Assembly (NCBI GenBank): GCA_002727275.1
Contig: PBWO01000034.1
Span: 19,941 to 83,940 of the forward strand
DNA: 64,000 nucleotides
Direction of reading: 5' to 3'
From: Methanobacteriota archaeon
GTDB taxonomy: Archaea; Thermoplasmatota; Poseidoniia; Poseidoniales; Thalassarchaeaceae
The notes under the pieces were generated by a model. It made no database searches and had not been told where the DNA came from. It saw nothing but the letters and a program-made list of their open reading frames with translations. Made by a program: the position numbers and the translations under genes. This document shows positions 1 through 9,966 of this stretch, piece after piece (positions within the stretch are counted from its first letter, which is position 1; every line of letters begins with the position of its first letter).

Positions 1-2
1 CA

Positions 3-926
3 GGAGGTGAATCCGCAACTTGGTGGAGAATACAGAACCCCTCATCATTGCAAGAGAACTTAGACAATGATCCAGCATATGGGCAATGGCAGTTCACTAT
101 CACCGACGATACAGGTGACTCAGTGCCTAGGGTCTCACTGGGTCCTGGGGACTTTACTGAGATATTCGTTACCGCGGTTTTAACCAATCAGGTTGTAGCA
201 GGTAATCATACGATATATCTCAGAGTGATCGAGGATATCGATGACGATGATGCTAGGTATTTCGATCTCCCAATTGTCTTTGAGATTGAGTCCGGAGAGC
301 CTGCGTTGCAGATTGTCCAAGTATCGCCGAATTATGAATTACTCCCGGGTGAGGCTTACACGCTGCAACTTAAAGTCAAGAACAATGGCAATGGTCCACT
401 CACAGTCCTGCTAGATGCTGAGGTAGAGCAATCTGGCTGGACAGTCGACATAGATGGCCCCTCGGGCTCCCCATTGATTGAGTTGGGCGCTTTTGAAGAG
501 TCTACATTCAATCTAGAAGTAACCGTCCCAGAGTCTGCAAATAATGGTGATAAAATCCCTGTTTTGGTTTCAGCCACTCCATTTGACACCGAACAGAGTT
601 GGCCCGACGAATATACTGCTGAAATTTCCGTTACAATGACCGTTGGAATTTCCTCTTTACTAGACATTCTAATCAACGAGATTTCTCATCCTAGAATCTC
701 GACGATGATAGTTGCATTAGTTGGAATTCTCCTTCTATTTGCTGGGATTCAAAGTGGAATAAACCGTAGAAGATGGACTTCCCACTTGGCTTATCTTGAG
801 TCTTTAGGAGGGGACGAAGATGATGATTTGGAAGAAGAAGATGAGGATTCAATCCCTGCTCCTGTCACTACATTTGAGGAAGAAGATTCGGATGATTATG
901 ACGATGACGAGATAGAACTTGTCTGA
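3..926 (+). CDS. C-terminal part of a large cell-surface protein (5' end lies outside the window): NEW3/CARDB-like beta-sandwich modules, C-terminal TM helix, poly-acidic tail
   Basis: The reading frame is open from the window edge, with no stop between nt 3 and the TTG at 48. LLPGEAYTLQLKVKNNGNGPLTV...GWTVDIDGP...FNLEVTVPESANNGDKIPV fits the NEW3/CARDB pattern. The hydrophobic MIVALVGILLLFAGI is followed by RRRW and a D/E-rich tail. TGA stop at 924-926. Confidence 0.6.
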   Translation, partial: GGESATWWRIQNPSSLQENLDNDPAYGQWQFTITDDTGDSVPRVSLGPGDFTEIFVTAVLTNQVVAGNHTIYLRVIEDIDDDDARYFDLPIVFEIESGEPALQIVQVSPNYELLPGEAYTLQLKVKNNGNGPLTVLLDAEVEQSGWTVDIDGPSGSPLIELGAFEESTFNLEVTVPESANNGDKIPVLVSATPFDTEQSWPDEYTAEISVTMTVGISSLLDILINEISHPRISTMIVALVGILLLFAGIQSGINRRRWTSHLAYLESLGGDEDDDLEEEDEDSIPAPVTTFEEEDSDDYDDDEIELV

Positions 927-1008
927 GACCTCTGTGATACCTGTCCGAACGACGCTCCATTCGTCTTAAGACCCTAACTTTCTGCCATAGGCAGTAAGGG
1001 GTGACGTA

Positions 1009-4000
1009 GTGCTAACCATTAGAGCCGAATATACGAGCCAAAAGCTACCTCAAAAGCGAAGGTCAGCAATCCTCTTCACCATCATTCTGTTACTGTCTTC
1101 TCACGCAGCCTTCCAATTTGGACAATGGGAGGCGTTGGCGAGTACCGATGCCGATGGCGATGGTCTAACCTATGGCCTTGAGTTCTACATCAACACCCAG
1201 CCGCAGGACTGGGATTCAGACAACGATGGACTGCCTGACGGTTGGGAGTGGCAGTATGGCCTAGATCCTCTATCGCCGTCCGGAGACAACGGCTCTACAG
1301 GAGATCCCGATGGGGACGCATTCACCAATCTCAACGAATACCAATATGCAATTCCGAGTGGTTGGGATTCCCCTTCTACTCCTACTGTTCTTGACAATGG
1401 AGTTTGGTGGAACGGGACCGTCCCCGTAAGGCAATGGGATGAAGAGAGCGCCATGCAGATTATCCAAGGATCAGGCTCTGATGGATTCGACGAAGATCCG
1501 ATGGGGAATATCTGTAATGACCAGATGGATAATGACAAGGACGGATTGGTGGATACTCAAGACCCTGATGGGGATGGGGATGCAGACTGTAGTAGCGACG
1601 ACGACGATGGTGATGGCCTAATTGATGAGGATCCAGATGGATGGGATACCGATGGCGATGGCATGCCTGATGCATGGGAGGTCGCCAATAATCTCGATCC
1701 GACTTCCAATTCCAATATGGATGGGGCAAATGGAGACCCAGACGGCGATGGCCTTGGTAACCTCTGGGAATACGTCAACCCCGCCTGGGGGACCCGAAAT
1801 GGATCAACTAACCCTCCTACGCAGTATTTCCGCCCGGGCCCATTCAACATGACAGCAACCGAGTCCCCTTGCAATCCAATTCTGGGACTTGGTCCTGGGG
1901 GTTGCCTTATTTTCACTGCAGAAGTCGACGGAATTACTCAGACCGATCCAAATAACAATGACACTGATGGAGATGGATTGAACGATTCCTATGAGGCCCT
2001 AGTTCTGCTAACGGATCCCACTTCGGTTGACACCGATGGCGACGGAATCTCGGATGGCGTAGAGGTCAATGGAGCATATGGCAACCCTCCCCAGGCCACA
2101 GACCCTAGGAATAACAACACTGATGGCGATCAATTTGACGACGGAGAAGAAGATGTCAATGGTAACGGAATTGTTGACACTGGCGAGACAGATCCGACAC
2201 GAATTGAAGACTCAGGCGACTTCGATGGTGATGGAATTGACAATTGGGAAGAGAACATGACCTGTACTCTGTGGAATGTGTCTGATACTGATGGGGGCGG
2301 CGTCAATGATGGCGACGAACTAGACTTCGGTCACCTGACCGATCCCTGCCTCTCAACTGTCGAGGTGGAACTAACAATCACTAATTGGGATGCACTCAAC
2401 TCAGAACTAACTCTGAACTCGACTTTGGAACTTAACCCATCTCCGGAGGATTGGAGGCAGAATAATGCCCCTATGGGGTACTATCTTTCCTCTAATGGTA
2501 ATTTGACTGCATTCAGGTATGAGACCATGGTTCAGAATACTTTGAGGAACGTTGACGTGGACAAACCGGCCGACGCCGATAGCGTTATTTTTGTCAATTT
2601 CTCTTGGTGCTGGGATGCTAGTCCGAACGCCACAAATGAGCCCAAATGCGATGATGACTACGCCGATACTGATGGAGATGGACTGGCAGACTGGGAAGAG
2701 TTTCTCAGTACTTGGGGATATATCTCTCATCCGAACCTGTACGATACCGATGATGACGGAGTCGATGACTTAACCGAAATTCTGGAAGATACGGACCCAA
2801 ACAATCCTTGCGATAATCTGCTCGATTCAGATGGTGATGGATTGAACAATTACTTTGAGAATACTACCGGGTGTCAGTTAATTTTCGGAGTAGGTGGCAA
2901 TGGCACCATAGATACATACTACACTTTGTGGAATGTCTCTGATACTGATAATGGAGGCGTAGCCGACGGCCAAGAATACCTCGATGGGACGAATCCACAG
3001 AATAATTCCTTCGATGATCTCAATCCTGTGGATACCGATGGTGATGGAATACCAGACACCATTGAGCAACAACTTGGTACCGATTGGAGAGATCCAGATA
3101 CAGATGGAGGAGGCATCCCAGATGGCCAAGAATGCACCTCTGAATTCTGGGATATTGGATGTTTGAATTCAGCTGGAGACCCCTGGGATCCTTCTGATGA
3201 TATCAATGCCAACGAGCTATATTTCACTGTAACGAACTTGACCTCAGATCTCGATTATGGGGTCCAGCAATACTGGAGATGGCACACTTACGATTACTAC
3301 ACCGGTGTATCTTGGGGAGTCAACAACACCCTAGTTGGCAATACTCAGATGACCTTTGAGTGGTCCACCACCCAAGGTGTCGCCGACTCTAGTTTCTGGG
3401 GCGTGAATGGTTCTGAACTGAATTTATGGCAAATAGATTACGAGAGCGGAGTTCTTGGCCCCGGGGTGGAACTGATTGCCCCATATAATTCCGTTAATTA
3501 CTCAAGTTGGCAAGATAGCAATGCAGGTATGAATTTCTCAAACTACACTCGTGACATTATTATCGATCAATCCTATGTTGACACCTTATTCGTAACTTCA
3601 CCTACAGTAATTCTCGGCCCTCACATCATCGATAACTCGACCGCTTTCTCAGGAAGTCCCTACGCATTTGACATCCCCGATCATTCATCTAACAAGTCAT
3701 ACGTCTATGGGATCACAATGGATGTGATCAACGACTCCGGTGCCTTCACTGCTTGGGAAAAAGTTCTCGCCATACAGAACTTCCTAATCAACGGAAATAG
3801 CACACTCAATTTTACACTCAACCATGATGGATCCGGAAGGAACGATGATCATCCAATTGGCTCCCCTGAGAGGGATCTAGCTCACTGGATTCTGAACACC
3901 ACTAGAGAAGGAAGTTGTGATGAATTTACAACAGTGTTTTCAGTTATGCTTAGGGTTGCTGGCCTACCTACTAGAAAGGTTACAGGATTTACTGGGGGAA

Positions 4001-7000
4001 CTTGGACAGGAAAGTCATTCGAAGTTTATGGCAAAGATTTCACCTCATGGGTAGAGGTTCACATGGAGGCAAATCAGAATCAGGGAGGATTGGATATGGG
4101 CTGGATTCCATTTGAGGCCTGCCCTAACTCTGCACCTGTAGAAATTGTTCAGCAGGATTGGGGTCCTTTGTGGTATGAGAGAGATTTGTCTTCGGGCGAT
4201 ATTTGGATGAATGGAACTCTGCAATTCGTAGAAAATGCAACTCCTGCAGATAATATCTCAATTGAAATGTATCTAGTCCTAACGAATGAGACCGCGAATG
4301 TACCCGGTGGTGCGGCAGTTTCTGAACATCTCGTGGCATCAGGAGTCACTGATGCTAATGGTTCATTCAACCTGAATGGCACACCTTCAGAAGTAATCGA
4401 TCCCGGCTATGGATCTCTAGTCCTGTATGTGCATGAACGTACATACATCTCATCCCAAGGAATTTCCGATTCTTGGACACTGAATATCTCTGACGATGTC
4501 TCAATCAGCATCAGAGAGCCCACTCCGGTCGTTGAACCGATGCTAGGTGCGGGTGTGGAAACTCTGCTTGTAGGGGATCTTTCTTGGGCAAGTTCACCAT
4601 ACACAGATCCAACACAATTGGATGACTTGCAAGTGGTTCTGAATTACACCACTACTGTAGATGGTCCAGTCAGCCTAATTTCCAATCTAGGAGCAGGTGG
4701 ATACTACGAGTTCTCAATTCCAATCAATGAGTCCGAACCTCTTGGTCTGATGAACGCCTCAATCGGATTCTTCGGTTGGCATCAGGACGACCTCAACAAC
4801 GCCTCATCTCCCTCTTATCACGTCCGCCCTAATAGTCTCGATTTCCAGTTCAACATCACCCCTGCTCCTAATCTGACTATCACCTTAGAGGGGCCCGGAT
4901 TGAACAGTAGTATCCTAGAGATTGACTCTAGTATATACTTGAATGGATCTGTGTTAAGCAGAGACCCAAGTTCAGATCCATTGAATGGTACTTTGACCTT
5001 GAAGATGAGGAGGGCCAATACGAATGGCGCCTACGTCGCTCTCACATCATGGTACCTCAATGACAGTAACTGGACCTCCATTGCAGGAGAGTTTTCATTG
5101 GTTTGGCAATTCTCTGCCCAGAGCGTCCCATTACCTGCTGGAGAAGTTCAGGTAAAGTTGGAATTCGATTCCGATGGCCTATATGCTAATGATCAAGCGA
5201 CATTCACTGACCAATATGGAATCAGGAGTTTTGTAAACTTCAATTACCAACTTGAACCAGTTCCTCGTGGGACCCCTACAAATATCGAGGTCCTATTGAC
5301 AGATCACACCAATTCTTCTCTAGCCCAATTCATTGGTGAATACAGTCTAGAATTGAATGGCTCAGTGGTGTGGAACGCCACTGACCCAATCGATTTACCA
5401 AGGCTCGGAGTACAGTTCACTGCTCCCTCGGAAATGTTTGCTGGTGATTACACCTGGGAGTTGAGTTACAATGGCTCCACTTGGCTTCGTCCAGCTACAA
5501 CTTCTGAAGTAATTAGAATTCAGGGACAGGCAAATGCGACGGTACAGTTGGGGCTGGAATGGACTCCTCGCGGCTCATCTAATTGGGTCTCAGGATTCGC
5601 CAATGATATCTTCCATGATACTGCAATTACAGGAAACAATTCCTCTATTGTGGTCCGTCTGCTGGTACCTTCTGATCTCCCGGACGCCCCGGATGGCTCA
5701 CCAGCTCCTCCGAATACGAGGAGACTGGCTTCCGGCTGGATTGATCAGAATACAGGAGGCTACAATCTTAGTTTTGAAATGCCTGAAGGGGTGGGCTCAG
5801 GAGTTTACCAACTTGAGGTGATTCTTGATTTCAACTCTAATCCACCAGCCGGCGGCGTATACTACAAACTGGAAGATGGGGTTTCTTACCGTGCTGGAAT
5901 CCAAACCGAGTTTGTTGTCGAATCCACTCCTTCGGATATCATTGTAGTCGCCGGTTCAACAATGCAAGTAAACGCCACTATCTCTGATGTTGAAGACAAA
6001 TCAATTTTGGAAGGCATACTTGCTCAGATTTACTTTGATTGGGGAGGATCTTCACAGCAATTACTTCAGAACCAAACAACCGGTTCTGATGGAATAGCAC
6101 AATTCTCACCCACAATCCCTGCAGACACTGCTCCAGGTTTCTACACTGTTCGAGTCCATGCCCCTGATGATATCTTGGATCCACTGAGTTTAGAGGGAGC
6201 AGGCCGTTGGCTAGGGAACGATAGTTTTGTCAATCTCACAGTGCAAGTGGCTAGTTTGGTACAGATTGACAGCATTCCTCCCGAAGTTACTGCAGGCCAA
6301 GTATTCTCAATGAGCGGAAGAGTCCTCGATGGGGTAGACAGTAACCGTTCAGTAGATGGTCCCATGGCGCTGGAAGTATTCTTCTTGGGCGACTCTTCTG
6401 AGACTCTAATCAACAGCGTAAATACTGCAAGTGATGGAAGTTTCAATATTTCAGTCCCCACAGATCCTCTGGCCGACGGAGTAAGTAGTGGTACGAAAAC
6501 AGTCGTTGTCAGTGTGATTAACGGCAGCTCCCCGTTTTATCTGACTGGTACTGGAAACGCTCCAATTCTAGTTCGAGGCGTCACTCAATTTGTTGAAAAG
6601 ACTCCAATAATTAACACGGTCGTAGATAGAGGCTCTTCGATCAGTTTCGGAGCCAGATTGGTCGAATCAAGCGACAATGACAAGCAATTGGGCAACTTCA
6701 CAGTTGCAGCCAAGTTCCATGATACTTGGTTATCCGAAATTCAGACTAATGATGCCGGAATTGCAAACTTCTCATTCAATGTCCCTCATTCGCACCCTCT
6801 AGGCCTAATCGTAGTAACTCTGTTATTCAATGGTTCATCCAATCTACATTCCTCTGGTACGGTAATTACTACTATCACTGTTAGATCTCCAACCAATTTG
6901 ACAATCGATCCGATTCTGGCAAACCCGACCGCAGGAGATACTTTCACAATTAGCGGCTCTTTAACTTCGAGCAATGGCTCCGGAATCATCGATCGTAATG

Positions 7001-9966
7001 GCAATACTCTCCCCGCTTCACTTACATTCGAAATTGATGGCCAAAGCTCTACCTTCACTGTCACAGGAGGTTCTGTCTCACCTAATGGTACATGGTCCGC
7101 CGACATCAGACTTGACTTAACATTCCCACGAGGAACGCACACATTACTCGCCACATACACACCCACAGTGAATTACTACGGTTCCGGATCGGGCGAAGCC
7201 GCTTTCGATAGTAGAGGTTATTCTCTCCTCAGCATAATAGATCCGTTAGATTTAGATCCCGATCGCAGAACAGTTCGAGGCGACTCCATAAATGTCAGTA
7301 TTTCCCTAATTGATAATGCTGGCCAACCGGTTGTCGCAGAGTCGGTCAAAATTTACGTTGAAGGAAACCTTGAGTCCACTGGATTAACAGATCCCAATGG
7401 TACGATGACAACAACAATCACAGTTGATAGTTTCAGAACACCAGGGCCGTTGGTAATTTCGGCCGACTTCGAAGGAGTCAATGGGACAACTGGACTAGTG
7501 GGAGATCAGACTTCAACCCGCGTAATCATTCTCGCTCCAACTGTTTTGCAGATTGATTCAATCACAGGCTCAGCGATTGCTGGAGAGAGTGTTACATTTA
7601 GTGGAACTCTGCTAGACGAGCATGGCCAGAATCTTATACACGCAGACAATGCTCAGGGCGGAATCATCCATCTCGAGATTGACGGAGTCAGCGTTGGTCC
7701 AGTTTATTCTACTCAGTCCAATGCTACCACAGGCGAGTGGACTATCACCTATGACTTACCTTTGGATTCCGACTACGGAGCCCATTCGATGACGGTCAGA
7801 TTCCTCGGTGGTTTCACATGGGTCGACCCAATGGGACAAGGGGACTCACTGAACCCTGAGTATTACCTGCCCTCGACCTACACAGGCCTGTTCAATGTGA
7901 CACAGACTTCCCAAGTTGTTCTCACTACACCGCCAGGAGAAATAGATAGGAATGAGTTGTTACTGATTGAGGGGATGCTTACTGATGGGTCAGGTAGGGT
8001 GCTACCTGACAGAACCCTCGAAGTTTCAATGAACGGGCAATATCTAACCGCACTTTCAGTCGATGAGAATGGTACATTCAGCCTGTATATCCCCGTGCCC
8101 CCAGACATGGAACTAGGCCCCCGAATCGTTCTCATTTCATATCAGGGCGAGGAATTCATCCTAGGCACCAACTCCTCAACTATATTCACAGTGTATGGGC
8201 CAGTTTCAATCGAAATCGACCAACCTGCTGCAGTTGCTGTCGGAGACCCCCTCTCTCTCAGTGGTTCGGTCAAGGACAATCTCCCAGATGGTTGGCTGGG
8301 CAATCACTCTTTGCAGATTTTTGTCGACGGAGTATTAATCGGAATTACCAGTTCAGATGAGAATGGCCAATGGTCGTACTTATGGACGGTTTCTGACTTC
8401 CTTGAAGTGGGCAATCACACTCTAACTGTGAGGGCCCCAGAGCAGGGTTATCATAGACTAGGACTTTCAGAAACCAATCTGATTATTGCATATCACTCAG
8501 GAATGACCCTTCAAGTCGATGATTCAGTCATGACCAGAGGGGGGAACTGGAACTTCACTGGGAGATTGTTTGATGCAGATTCATCCGATAGGCCGGGACT
8601 TGAAAACAGGGAGATTTCAATCACTCTGGATGGTGAAAATGTTGCTACCATTACCACTTCAATAGATGGTACATTCAGCTATTCACACTATCTCGGTTAC
8701 GATATAGCAAGAGGCCCGCACACAGTCGAATTTGCTTTCGGCGGAGAGACTTACTATCTGTCTACTGAATACAACTTGACTGTATACACTAGAGCAGACA
8801 TCGACATCGATATATTCCCTAACAATCTATACATCATAAGAGGAGATCCTACTGCTCCAATCAAGATTCAAGGTAGAATATTGGAGATTGGTGGAGATTC
8901 CAACGTAATGAGTAACATGACCATCTCTCTGAAATGGGAGGATAGCCTTCTTCCACTATCTGGAGTTCCTTGGTCCGATGATGGGACTGAGCACTTCGGA
9001 CTAGTAACTAATGCAATCCAAGTCATGCCTCGGGGTCCATTGACTCTCACAATAACGGTTGAACCAGATGGTTCGAGATATCTAAATGGGGAAACATTGG
9101 AGGTAGAGGTTGATATCTTGATATCCGTTGTATACCGATTTACTCCAGATTCTCTGCATATTTCTCAGGGGCAGCGATTGATTTCTGGGGCCGTCAATGT
9201 GACAGCATTTGATACCGGACAACCAGTGGAAAACTTCCCTCTGTCAGCTTACCTGGTGAATGGCACCTGTGATCAGAGAGATTCATCGGCCCACTTTTCA
9301 GTAGTCGGCCCCACAGATGAGAACGGATTATTCGTCTATGAGTTCGAGTCATTCACTGGTTTACCCTCATTCCACAATCAGACTTTCTGGGGAGAGCTCA
9401 CTGTGTGCTTCTCTACCGATTCCGAATATGTAGATCCTATCAATAAGACATGGTTGGCAAATTTCCATGGAGGTCTAGAAGTAACCTATGAGAAGCAGTC
9501 GACCCAAACTTTTGGCTTCACGACTATGCTAGGACTTGCACTCATTGCAATTCTTCTTGTTGCTGGAGCTGCTATGCTAATTCGCCGCCGTAGGCAGGCC
9601 ACTATTGACCAACTAGCAGGCGTGTTCAGTTACACAGCTGAATTGTTGGCCGCAGGTGATGAGGTCAGGGAAGCTATCTTCAACTGCTATGAGAGCCTAT
9701 GTCAGATATTGATGAGTAGAGGATTCTTGAGAAGAGACTTCGAGACAGTCAGGGAGTTTGAGATAGCAATTCGAAATGCCCTCCCAATCAGTGACCAGGC
9801 ATTAGTTGCACTGGATCGAATCTTCGAGGAAGCGAGATACTCTAGTCACGTGCTTGGAGAGCCTCATCGGCAGAATGCTCAGATGGCACTGTCTACCGTC
9901 CTTCAGGAGATTGACGAGCTACAGGAGTTCCCGGAGAGGGACTCTTTCATCGCTAGTGAAGATTAG
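1009..9966 (+). CDS. Giant (2985 aa) surface protein: N-terminal signal/anchor, thrombospondin-type-3-like Ca-binding repeats, transglutaminase-like core, ten or more Ig-like TDxxGxF modules, C-terminal TM helix, DUF4129-like cytoplasmic domain
   Basis: Uninterrupted 8.9 kb ORF. N-terminal hydrophobic SAILFTIILLLSSHAAF. Many DxDxDGxxDxxE motifs. GSCDEF...GLPTRKVTGF...SWVEV core. Recurrent T(D/S)xNGxFxF...GxHxLxVxF modules. TM LGLALIAILLVAGAAMLIRRRR followed by ...TVREFE...IFEEARYSSH (DUF4129-like). Confidence 0.85.
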   Translation: MLTIRAEYTSQKLPQKRRSAILFTIILLLSSHAAFQFGQWEALASTDADGDGLTYGLEFYINTQPQDWDSDNDGLPDGWEWQYGLDPLSPSGDNGSTGDPDGDAFTNLNEYQYAIPSGWDSPSTPTVLDNGVWWNGTVPVRQWDEESAMQIIQGSGSDGFDEDPMGNICNDQMDNDKDGLVDTQDPDGDGDADCSSDDDDGDGLIDEDPDGWDTDGDGMPDAWEVANNLDPTSNSNMDGANGDPDGDGLGNLWEYVNPAWGTRNGSTNPPTQYFRPGPFNMTATESPCNPILGLGPGGCLIFTAEVDGITQTDPNNNDTDGDGLNDSYEALVLLTDPTSVDTDGDGISDGVEVNGAYGNPPQATDPRNNNTDGDQFDDGEEDVNGNGIVDTGETDPTRIEDSGDFDGDGIDNWEENMTCTLWNVSDTDGGGVNDGDELDFGHLTDPCLSTVEVELTITNWDALNSELTLNSTLELNPSPEDWRQNNAPMGYYLSSNGNLTAFRYETMVQNTLRNVDVDKPADADSVIFVNFSWCWDASPNATNEPKCDDDYADTDGDGLADWEEFLSTWGYISHPNLYDTDDDGVDDLTEILEDTDPNNPCDNLLDSDGDGLNNYFENTTGCQLIFGVGGNGTIDTYYTLWNVSDTDNGGVADGQEYLDGTNPQNNSFDDLNPVDTDGDGIPDTIEQQLGTDWRDPDTDGGGIPDGQECTSEFWDIGCLNSAGDPWDPSDDINANELYFTVTNLTSDLDYGVQQYWRWHTYDYYTGVSWGVNNTLVGNTQMTFEWSTTQGVADSSFWGVNGSELNLWQIDYESGVLGPGVELIAPYNSVNYSSWQDSNAGMNFSNYTRDIIIDQSYVDTLFVTSPTVILGPHIIDNSTAFSGSPYAFDIPDHSSNKSYVYGITMDVINDSGAFTAWEKVLAIQNFLINGNSTLNFTLNHDGSGRNDDHPIGSPERDLAHWILNTTREGSCDEFTTVFSVMLRVAGLPTRKVTGFTGGTWTGKSFEVYGKDFTSWVEVHMEANQNQGGLDMGWIPFEACPNSAPVEIVQQDWGPLWYERDLSSGDIWMNGTLQFVENATPADNISIEMYLVLTNETANVPGGAAVSEHLVASGVTDANGSFNLNGTPSEVIDPGYGSLVLYVHERTYISSQGISDSWTLNISDDVSISIREPTPVVEPMLGAGVETLLVGDLSWASSPYTDPTQLDDLQVVLNYTTTVDGPVSLISNLGAGGYYEFSIPINESEPLGLMNASIGFFGWHQDDLNNASSPSYHVRPNSLDFQFNITPAPNLTITLEGPGLNSSILEIDSSIYLNGSVLSRDPSSDPLNGTLTLKMRRANTNGAYVALTSWYLNDSNWTSIAGEFSLVWQFSAQSVPLPAGEVQVKLEFDSDGLYANDQATFTDQYGIRSFVNFNYQLEPVPRGTPTNIEVLLTDHTNSSLAQFIGEYSLELNGSVVWNATDPIDLPRLGVQFTAPSEMFAGDYTWELSYNGSTWLRPATTSEVIRIQGQANATVQLGLEWTPRGSSNWVSGFANDIFHDTAITGNNSSIVVRLLVPSDLPDAPDGSPAPPNTRRLASGWIDQNTGGYNLSFEMPEGVGSGVYQLEVILDFNSNPPAGGVYYKLEDGVSYRAGIQTEFVVESTPSDIIVVAGSTMQVNATISDVEDKSILEGILAQIYFDWGGSSQQLLQNQTTGSDGIAQFSPTIPADTAPGFYTVRVHAPDDILDPLSLEGAGRWLGNDSFVNLTVQVASLVQIDSIPPEVTAGQVFSMSGRVLDGVDSNRSVDGPMALEVFFLGDSSETLINSVNTASDGSFNISVPTDPLADGVSSGTKTVVVSVINGSSPFYLTGTGNAPILVRGVTQFVEKTPIINTVVDRGSSISFGARLVESSDNDKQLGNFTVAAKFHDTWLSEIQTNDAGIANFSFNVPHSHPLGLIVVTLLFNGSSNLHSSGTVITTITVRSPTNLTIDPILANPTAGDTFTISGSLTSSNGSGIIDRNGNTLPASLTFEIDGQSSTFTVTGGSVSPNGTWSADIRLDLTFPRGTHTLLATYTPTVNYYGSGSGEAAFDSRGYSLLSIIDPLDLDPDRRTVRGDSINVSISLIDNAGQPVVAESVKIYVEGNLESTGLTDPNGTMTTTITVDSFRTPGPLVISADFEGVNGTTGLVGDQTSTRVIILAPTVLQIDSITGSAIAGESVTFSGTLLDEHGQNLIHADNAQGGIIHLEIDGVSVGPVYSTQSNATTGEWTITYDLPLDSDYGAHSMTVRFLGGFTWVDPMGQGDSLNPEYYLPSTYTGLFNVTQTSQVVLTTPPGEIDRNELLLIEGMLTDGSGRVLPDRTLEVSMNGQYLTALSVDENGTFSLYIPVPPDMELGPRIVLISYQGEEFILGTNSSTIFTVYGPVSIEIDQPAAVAVGDPLSLSGSVKDNLPDGWLGNHSLQIFVDGVLIGITSSDENGQWSYLWTVSDFLEVGNHTLTVRAPEQGYHRLGLSETNLIIAYHSGMTLQVDDSVMTRGGNWNFTGRLFDADSSDRPGLENREISITLDGENVATITTSIDGTFSYSHYLGYDIARGPHTVEFAFGGETYYLSTEYNLTVYTRADIDIDIFPNNLYIIRGDPTAPIKIQGRILEIGGDSNVMSNMTISLKWEDSLLPLSGVPWSDDGTEHFGLVTNAIQVMPRGPLTLTITVEPDGSRYLNGETLEVEVDILISVVYRFTPDSLHISQGQRLISGAVNVTAFDTGQPVENFPLSAYLVNGTCDQRDSSAHFSVVGPTDENGLFVYEFESFTGLPSFHNQTFWGELTVCFSTDSEYVDPINKTWLANFHGGLEVTYEKQSTQTFGFTTMLGLALIAILLVAGAAMLIRRRRQATIDQLAGVFSYTAELLAAGDEVREAIFNCYESLCQILMSRGFLRRDFETVREFEIAIRNALPISDQALVALDRIFEEARYSSHVLGEPHRQNAQMALSTVLQEIDELQEFPERDSFIASED
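1140..3135 (+). repeat. Coding array of thrombospondin type-3-like calcium-binding repeats (DxDxDGxxDxxE) within the 2985-aa protein
   Basis: Reiterated motifs: DADGDGLTYGLE, DSDNDGLPDGWE, DPDGDAFTNLNE, DTDGDGMPDAWE, DPDGDGLGNLWE, DTDGDGLNDSYE, DTDGDGISDGVE, DTDGDGLADWEE, DSDGDGLNNYFE, DTDGDGIPDTIE, DTDGGGIPDGQE. Confidence 0.8.
3895..4135 (+). other. Transglutaminase-like (papain-fold) core domain of the 2985-aa protein, with non-canonical His and Asp positions
   Basis: REGSCDEFTTVFSVMLRVAGLPTRKVTGFTGG...DFTSWVEVHME...GWIPFEACP. The nucleophile Cys context G-x-C-x-x-F and the GxPxRxVxG segment are present. TSW replaces the usual HxW, and FE replaces FD. Confidence 0.6.

Noticed and set aside
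1185-3227. Numerous 60-120-aa ORFs on both strands inside the 2985-aa gene (e.g. 1185-1538, 1460-1729, 1557-1916, 2919-3227), with similar ones inside the other giant genes (e.g. 24676-25251, 25885-26448, 54455-54811)
   Set aside because: They are shadow ORFs generated by the GAY-rich Asp/Gly repeat coding sequence. Their products are low-complexity (S/P/H-rich), and they lie wholly within a long ORF with clear domain content.
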